Positions 45,757 to 50,203 of a stretch of 50,203 nt of DNA are shown piece by piece. Origin of the DNA: Deltaproteobacteria bacterium (GTDB taxonomy: Bacteria; Desulfobacterota; Binatia; UBA9968); the NCBI GenBank assembly GCA_016183145.1, contig JACPFE010000206.1, forward strand, positions 1-50,203, given 5' to 3'. How positions within the stretch are numbered: position 1 is the stretch's first letter; each line of letters opens with the position of its first letter. Below the pieces are notes generated by a model. It saw nothing but the letters and a program-made list of their open reading frames with translations, searched no databases and was not told the DNA's origin. The position numbers and the translations under genes are program-made.

Positions 45757-48041
45757 TAAGCTCGCGCCTCCACAGATTGCATGACATTGTCGGCCAGGCG
45801 CAGCTCAAGCAGAGCCTGGAGAAAAGCCAGCGTAGACTCCGCGCCTTGATTTTGGTTCGCGCGGTCGGGATGCAGACCGTCTCGACAACCGCCTGTCATA
45901 GGGTCATAAATAGGAATGTTCAGATCATTGCGCCCAAGGAACCACTCGAAGGCTCGCTGGGCTTCCTTGCGCCAGCTCCCGTCCCCGGTGATTCTGCTTG
46001 CTTCGAGACTGGCGGATACCATTGCTTGAGCCTCCACCGGCTGTTGATCGAACCGGGCGCGCTTACCGCCCTGCTGGTAAAAGCCTTTGGATCCGATGGG
46101 GACAAAATGACCCCCAGCCTCTTCAGAGCGTTGTAAGTCGGCCAACCAACTGAGCGACTCCAGGCCGGCCTCGGTCATCGCTTTATTCGGCATCGATTGG
46201 CCGCACATGAGCAAGGCGTGAGGCAGCGCGGCGTTACAGTAAGATAGCATTTCCTCGTACCACCGCCATTGGTCCGAGCGATTCCTTTGATACAACCCCA
46301 GCAACCTCCCGGCCAAATCCTCCCGGACCTGGCTCGCCATACGGTCGCCGGCAAACCGCCGTAGATATTCGTGGATGCCAATGAGCGCGAACGCCCACGC
46401 CCGTGGGCTCGTCGTGGAGACGATGGCGGGCAAGGCCTGTTCGAACAACCAGCCGGCCATGCTATGGAGAGCCGGCGTGTTCGAGCGGCCCAACACGGTG
46501 CCCAACGCCCACAACGCGCGGCCGTGGCTGTCGTCTGATCCGCGATCTTCCAGCCAGTGGCGCTGGTAATCCATAAAGTTGCGGAAGCGACCGGTCTCAG
46601 CGTTAAAGGCATACCAGACGAAGGCGAGATAACGGGAGGCGAGTTCCAAGGCCTCGCCGTTGCCCAGTTCCTCCAGCAGAGTGCTCACCATCAGAGCGCG
46701 GGCGTTGTCGTCAGTGCAATAGCCCTCGTGATAATTGGGCACGGTGAAAATGGCGTGTTGCAAAATGCCGGTCTCATCCGCCATGTGGCGCAAGTGATCG
46801 AGTTTTAGAGGGGGCAGCTCGCCCGGGTGTTTGTCCAGCGCTTTGACCGTGAAGCCCGGCAGGCTGAAATGGCGGCGTTCGGCGCGGGCGCGTTCAAAAC
46901 TCTCCATGTAGCGGCGCGCCACCTGCGGCCAGATCATATCCCGCCCGAACAAATAGGCCCGCTTGCGCATCGCGTGGCGTTGGGTCTCGTTGTCCAGTAG
47001 CTCGATCACTTTACCGGCCAACGCCGCCGGATCGCGAAACGGCACCAGTGCTCCCCGTTGTTCAGCCAGCATCTCTTCCGCATACCAATACGGCGTCGAA
47101 ATCACAGCCTTGCCGGCCCCCAATGTATAGGCCAGTGTGCCCGAGACGATCTGCGCCGGGTTGAGATAGGGCGTAATATAGACGTCGGCCGCGCCGATGA
47201 AATTGACGAGCTCCTCCAGGCTGACGAATCGGTTATAGAAGATCACTTGATCTTCCACGCCCTTCTCGTGGGCCAGCCATTGCAGCGAGAGCCGATAGGA
47301 TTCGCCGTCGCGTTGTTTGACATGGGGATGGGTCGCGCCGACGATGATGTAGACCACGTTCGGATAGCGGGCGAGGACGCCGGGCAGCGCGGCGATGACG
47401 TTTTCAATGCCTTTGTTCGCCGACAACAATCCAAAGCTGAGCAAGACGATTTTACCTTCGACGCCAAATAGGTCCTTATGGTAACTCGGGTCGACGAATG
47501 GCACATCCGGGATGCCGTGCGGGATCAGATCGATCTTCTCCGGCGACACGCGATAGATCCGTTGCAAGAAGTCCGCGCCGCGCTTGCTCATGACCACCAA
47601 CCGATCCGACAGCGCCGCGACTTCTTTAAAGACCCGCTGTTGATCCGCATCGGGGTCCTGCAGAATGGTGTGCAAGGTCGTGACCACGGGCATGCGCAGT
47701 TGGCGCAAGAGGGCCAGGATATGGCTGCCCGCCCTGCCCCCGAAGATGCCGTATTCGTGTTGCAGACAAACGAGATCGACGTTGTTGCTATTGAGGAAGT
47801 CGGCGGCGCGGTGATAAGAGTCGATATCCTTTTCGGTCAGTTCGAAACGAACGCGGGGCGGGTAAGCATAGCCGTCCTCCAGGTCGTTGACCGGCACGGC
47901 AATGCATGTTGCCTCGCTGTGCTCGGCGGCAATCGCCTCGCACAAGTCGGTCGTAAACGTGGCGATGCCGCACTGGCGCGGCAAGTAGTTGCCGATAAAC
48001 GCGATGCGTTTGATCGGCGAATGGTTAAAGCTCTGTCTCAT
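45756..48041 (-). CDS. GT4 glycosyltransferase fused to a C-terminal (alpha/alpha)6-like domain
   Basis: N-terminal ~400 aa: 'RIAFIGNYLPRQCGIATFT', 'LLSFGLLSANKG' and 'ISTPYWYAEEML' (GT1/GT4 fold). The C-terminal ~360 aa is helical and repeat-rich ('GYCTDDNARAL', 'DDSHGRALWALG'). Confidence 0.85.
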   Translation of the reverse strand: MRQSFNHSPIKRIAFIGNYLPRQCGIATFTTDLCEAIAAEHSEATCIAVPVNDLEDGYAYPPRVRFELTEKDIDSYHRAADFLNSNNVDLVCLQHEYGIFGGRAGSHILALLRQLRMPVVTTLHTILQDPDADQQRVFKEVAALSDRLVVMSKRGADFLQRIYRVSPEKIDLIPHGIPDVPFVDPSYHKDLFGVEGKIVLLSFGLLSANKGIENVIAALPGVLARYPNVVYIIVGATHPHVKQRDGESYRLSLQWLAHEKGVEDQVIFYNRFVSLEELVNFIGAADVYITPYLNPAQIVSGTLAYTLGAGKAVISTPYWYAEEMLAEQRGALVPFRDPAALAGKVIELLDNETQRHAMRKRAYLFGRDMIWPQVARRYMESFERARAERRHFSLPGFTVKALDKHPGELPPLKLDHLRHMADETGILQHAIFTVPNYHEGYCTDDNARALMVSTLLEELGNGEALELASRYLAFVWYAFNAETGRFRNFMDYQRHWLEDRGSDDSHGRALWALGTVLGRSNTPALHSMAGWLFEQALPAIVSTTSPRAWAFALIGIHEYLRRFAGDRMASQVREDLAGRLLGLYQRNRSDQWRWYEEMLSYCNAALPHALLMCGQSMPNKAMTEAGLESLSWLADLQRSEEAGGHFVPIGSKGFYQQGGKRARFDQQPVEAQAMVSASLEASRITGDGSWRKEAQRAFEWFLGRNDLNIPIYDPMTGGCRDGLHPDRANQNQGAESTLAFLQALLELRLADNVMQSVEARA

Positions 48042-48267
48042 GAGAAGGCTCTCTTTCCGGTCATCGTGCCGCGCCGCTTTTTAGTTGTTTCCCGGCCCAT
48101 AAACGCAAAGAGGCGGTTACCCCTGGGGACCGCCTCTGCGAAACTCGGAAACAATCGGACCGAGCGTGATCTATCTGGACGTTGGGCTGTCAGTCGCTAC
48201 TGTATATGTAACTATATCAGACGGCGCGAATAAAGCTATCCCGTCTCGATCAATTTGCCTTGAAGGT

Positions 48268-48350
48268 GTAGGGGCAGGCCGGAGCCTGCCCTGAGTTTAT
48301 CGAATGTGTGCCTGCCCTCCGAACGGGCAACCACATAGGGTTGCCCCTAC
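48268..48350. repeat. composite GC-rich REP-like element
   Basis: The outer arms GTAGGGGCA (48268-48276) and TGCCCCTAC (48342-48350) enclose two internal hairpins, GGGCAGGC-cgga-GCCTGCCC and GGGCAACC-acat-AGGGTTGCCC. Confidence 0.6.
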
Positions 48351-48415
48351 AAATTTTGGCGAAACTGAACTACTACCCGGCGGAGCATCGCCTGGAGAGA
48401 GCAGGCGATGATTTT

Positions 48416-49012
48416 CTAGTCTTTATGATTCGATTCTTTTTCCTTCAACCGCTTGATTAGATCGTCGAAGGAACCGTTGGCGATGATGCGGCTGAACTGC
48501 GAGCGGTAGTTGGCCACAATGCTGATATCCTCGACCACGACGTCGTAGATTTTCCACTCCCCTCGCACGCGGTGCAGCCGGTAGTTGACCGAGGTGGACT
48601 CGCCTTTGCTGGGAATGATTTTGGTATTGACCTGGGCAAGATTTTTTTCTATCGACTCGTGGACGAAGATAATCTTTTCATCCTTGTAGGAACCGATCTT
48701 GCCGATGTAGGAGGTGCCGAGGAATTCGGCGAAAACCGCGACGAACTCATGCTGGCGGCTCGGGACGGCGCTCCAATGTTTGCCCAGCGTTTGCTTCGCC
48801 ATTTCATACCAATCGAAGCGCGGCATCAAGGCGTCGCGCAGCTTTTCGCGCAGCTCCGGGTCGCTCCGTTTGCCCGCGCCGTTCATGGTCAACATCACCT
48901 GCTGAATCGTTTCCTGAAGCTGAGCCATCGGCGTGTCGGCGTAAACCACCCCTTGTGCCAAACAGAGATTGACTGCGACGCCTAGCACTAGCCGCTTGAT
49001 TGAATCGATCAT
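48416..49012 (-). CDS. mlaC: MlaC/Ttg2D family phospholipid-binding protein
   Basis: Signal peptide, 'FDWYEMAKQTLGKHW', 'FVAVFAEFLGTSYI' and 'GEWKIYDVVVEDISIVANYRSQF'. The ATG at 49012 is preceded by GGAGGA. Confidence 0.8.
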   Translation of the reverse strand: MIDSIKRLVLGVAVNLCLAQGVVYADTPMAQLQETIQQVMLTMNGAGKRSDPELREKLRDALMPRFDWYEMAKQTLGKHWSAVPSRQHEFVAVFAEFLGTSYIGKIGSYKDEKIIFVHESIEKNLAQVNTKIIPSKGESTSVNYRLHRVRGEWKIYDVVVEDISIVANYRSQFSRIIANGSFDDLIKRLKEKESNHKD

Positions 49013-49208
49013 AAGTTCCTCCGCCAATGGCACTTCTAAACGCAATCGCAGGGCCAAATCCCAGGCTCACCAGGTTCAGTCGACCCGGCGGCATCGCAGG
49101 CATTTCGGCGCCAATGAAGCCGTCAAAGGGGATTATAAGGCGATACGCCGTTAGCAACAGTCGGCGGATCTGGAGAAAAATGAACGGCGCGAGAGAAACT
49201 TGGCCGGT

Positions 49209-50203
49209 TTACTTAACAAAAAAGCGCAGCGAATGGCTGGTGAATTGAGCGAGCGGAGAAAAGTAAACGCCCAGGACGACGGTCAGGACCGTCAGCGGAA
49301 TCAGCAGCGTGAAATGATTCGCGGCAACCGACACGGTCTTGTCCGTCGGCTCGGGATCGTCGAGGAACATCGTCTTGACAACCTTGGCATAGTAGTAAAG
49401 CGAGATGACGCTGTTGACGATGGCGACGACGGCAAGCATGACAAAAGCGCCGCCTTCTTTAAGCACGGCGGCGAACAAGAAAAACTTGCCGATGAATCCG
49501 GCGAAGGGCGGCAGCCCGGTCAAGGAAAAAAGAAAAATCGCCAGGCAGGCGGCCGGCAGCGCGGCGCCACGCCATGCCAGGCCGCGGTAACTTTCGATCT
49601 CTTCATCGCCGGTCACGTCGGCGACCATCGCCACCACCAGGAACGCGCCGAGGTTCATGATCAGGTAGACCACAACGTAAAAAAGAATCGCGCTCAGCCC
49701 GTCGTTGGTCAGCACGGCGAGACCCATGAGCATATAGCCGGCGTGGGCGATGCCGGAGTAGGCGAGCATGCGCTTGAGATTTCTCTGGTTCAAGGCGCAG
49801 AGGTTGCCGAGGGTCATGGTGATCATGCTGACGAACAACAGCACGTGCGGCCACTCGACACCGGAGACGAAAGCCCAGTCGCCGCCGGGTACCATGCGCG
49901 AGACCCCGGGATAAAAGAACCGGATCATGATCGCGATGCCGGCCGCGTTGGAGGCCACCGAGAGAAACGCGGTGAAGGGCGTGGGCGCCCCCTGGTAAAC
50001 GTCCGGCGACCACATGTGGAACGGCACGAAAACGATCTTGTAGCCGAAGCCGGCCATGATGAAGACGAAGGCGATGAAGAGCGCCGCTTTATTGATGCCG
50101 TCTTGCGCCAGCGCCGCTTGAATCGCCGCGTAGTCGAGGCTGCCGGCCATGCCAAAGATCCAACTCATGCCGTAGATCATCGTCCCGGACGCCACGCCGC
50201 CGT
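49209..50203 (-). CDS. nuoN: NADH-quinone oxidoreductase subunit N (5' partial, continues past window end)
   Basis: Polytopic membrane protein with 'FVPFHMWSPDVYQGAPTPFTAFLSV', 'KRMLAYSGIAHAGYML' and 'LFSLTGLPPFAGFIGKF'. Confidence 0.9.
   Translation of the reverse strand, partial: GGVASGTMIYGMSWIFGMAGSLDYAAIQAALAQDGINKAALFIAFVFIMAGFGYKIVFVPFHMWSPDVYQGAPTPFTAFLSVASNAAGIAIMIRFFYPGVSRMVPGGDWAFVSGVEWPHVLLFVSMITMTLGNLCALNQRNLKRMLAYSGIAHAGYMLMGLAVLTNDGLSAILFYVVVYLIMNLGAFLVVAMVADVTGDEEIESYRGLAWRGAALPAACLAIFLFSLTGLPPFAGFIGKFFLFAAVLKEGGAFVMLAVVAIVNSVISLYYYAKVVKTMFLDDPEPTDKTVSVAANHFTLLIPLTVLTVVLGVYFSPLAQFTSHSLRFFVK

Overview
About 50 kb of a GC-rich bacterial chromosome. I saw no rRNA, tRNA, CRISPR array, transposase or integrase. 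Most of the window (1-33.9 kb and 42.3-50.2 kb) is core housekeeping and stress genes: M23 peptidase, pgpA-cinA-thpR-recA-recX-alaS-yjbQ-phoH, htrA, hsp20, groES-groEL, a c-type cytochrome, GST, an orphan 2-oxoacid dehydrogenase E1 alpha/beta pair (beta looks damaged), a fatty-acid desaturase, a Crp/Fnr regulator, a large B12-binding radical SAM protein, hsp20-lon, ftsH, dnaJ plus a MerR/HspR-like gene, an RRM RNA-binding protein, an rlmL-like methyltransferase, an MFS transporter, carD, GH130+GT4, mlaC and nuoN (partial). Two things stand out. (1) A conserved AT-rich element of about 40-60 bp, built around the perfect palindrome TGTCCAATATTGGACA, occurs six times between 16.5 and 32 kb. Every copy has the same orientation relative to a downstream gene and lies 97-169 nt upstream of its start codon. 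This looks like an undescribed promoter/operator regulon. (2) 34.1-41.8 kb is an all-plus-strand accessory block that resembles a defence island. It holds two paralogous DprA-like genes. One is tightly linked to a 1062-aa PD-(D/E)xK-nuclease::SNF2 helicase that looks chimeric. The other follows an AAA ATPase + Toprim/DUF4276-like pair. The block also contains R-M debris (a PLD-helicase N-terminal stub and two methyltransferase C-terminal tails) and two perfect palindromes of 20 and 32 bp. All calls come from reading the ORF translations and the DNA by eye. No database search was run.
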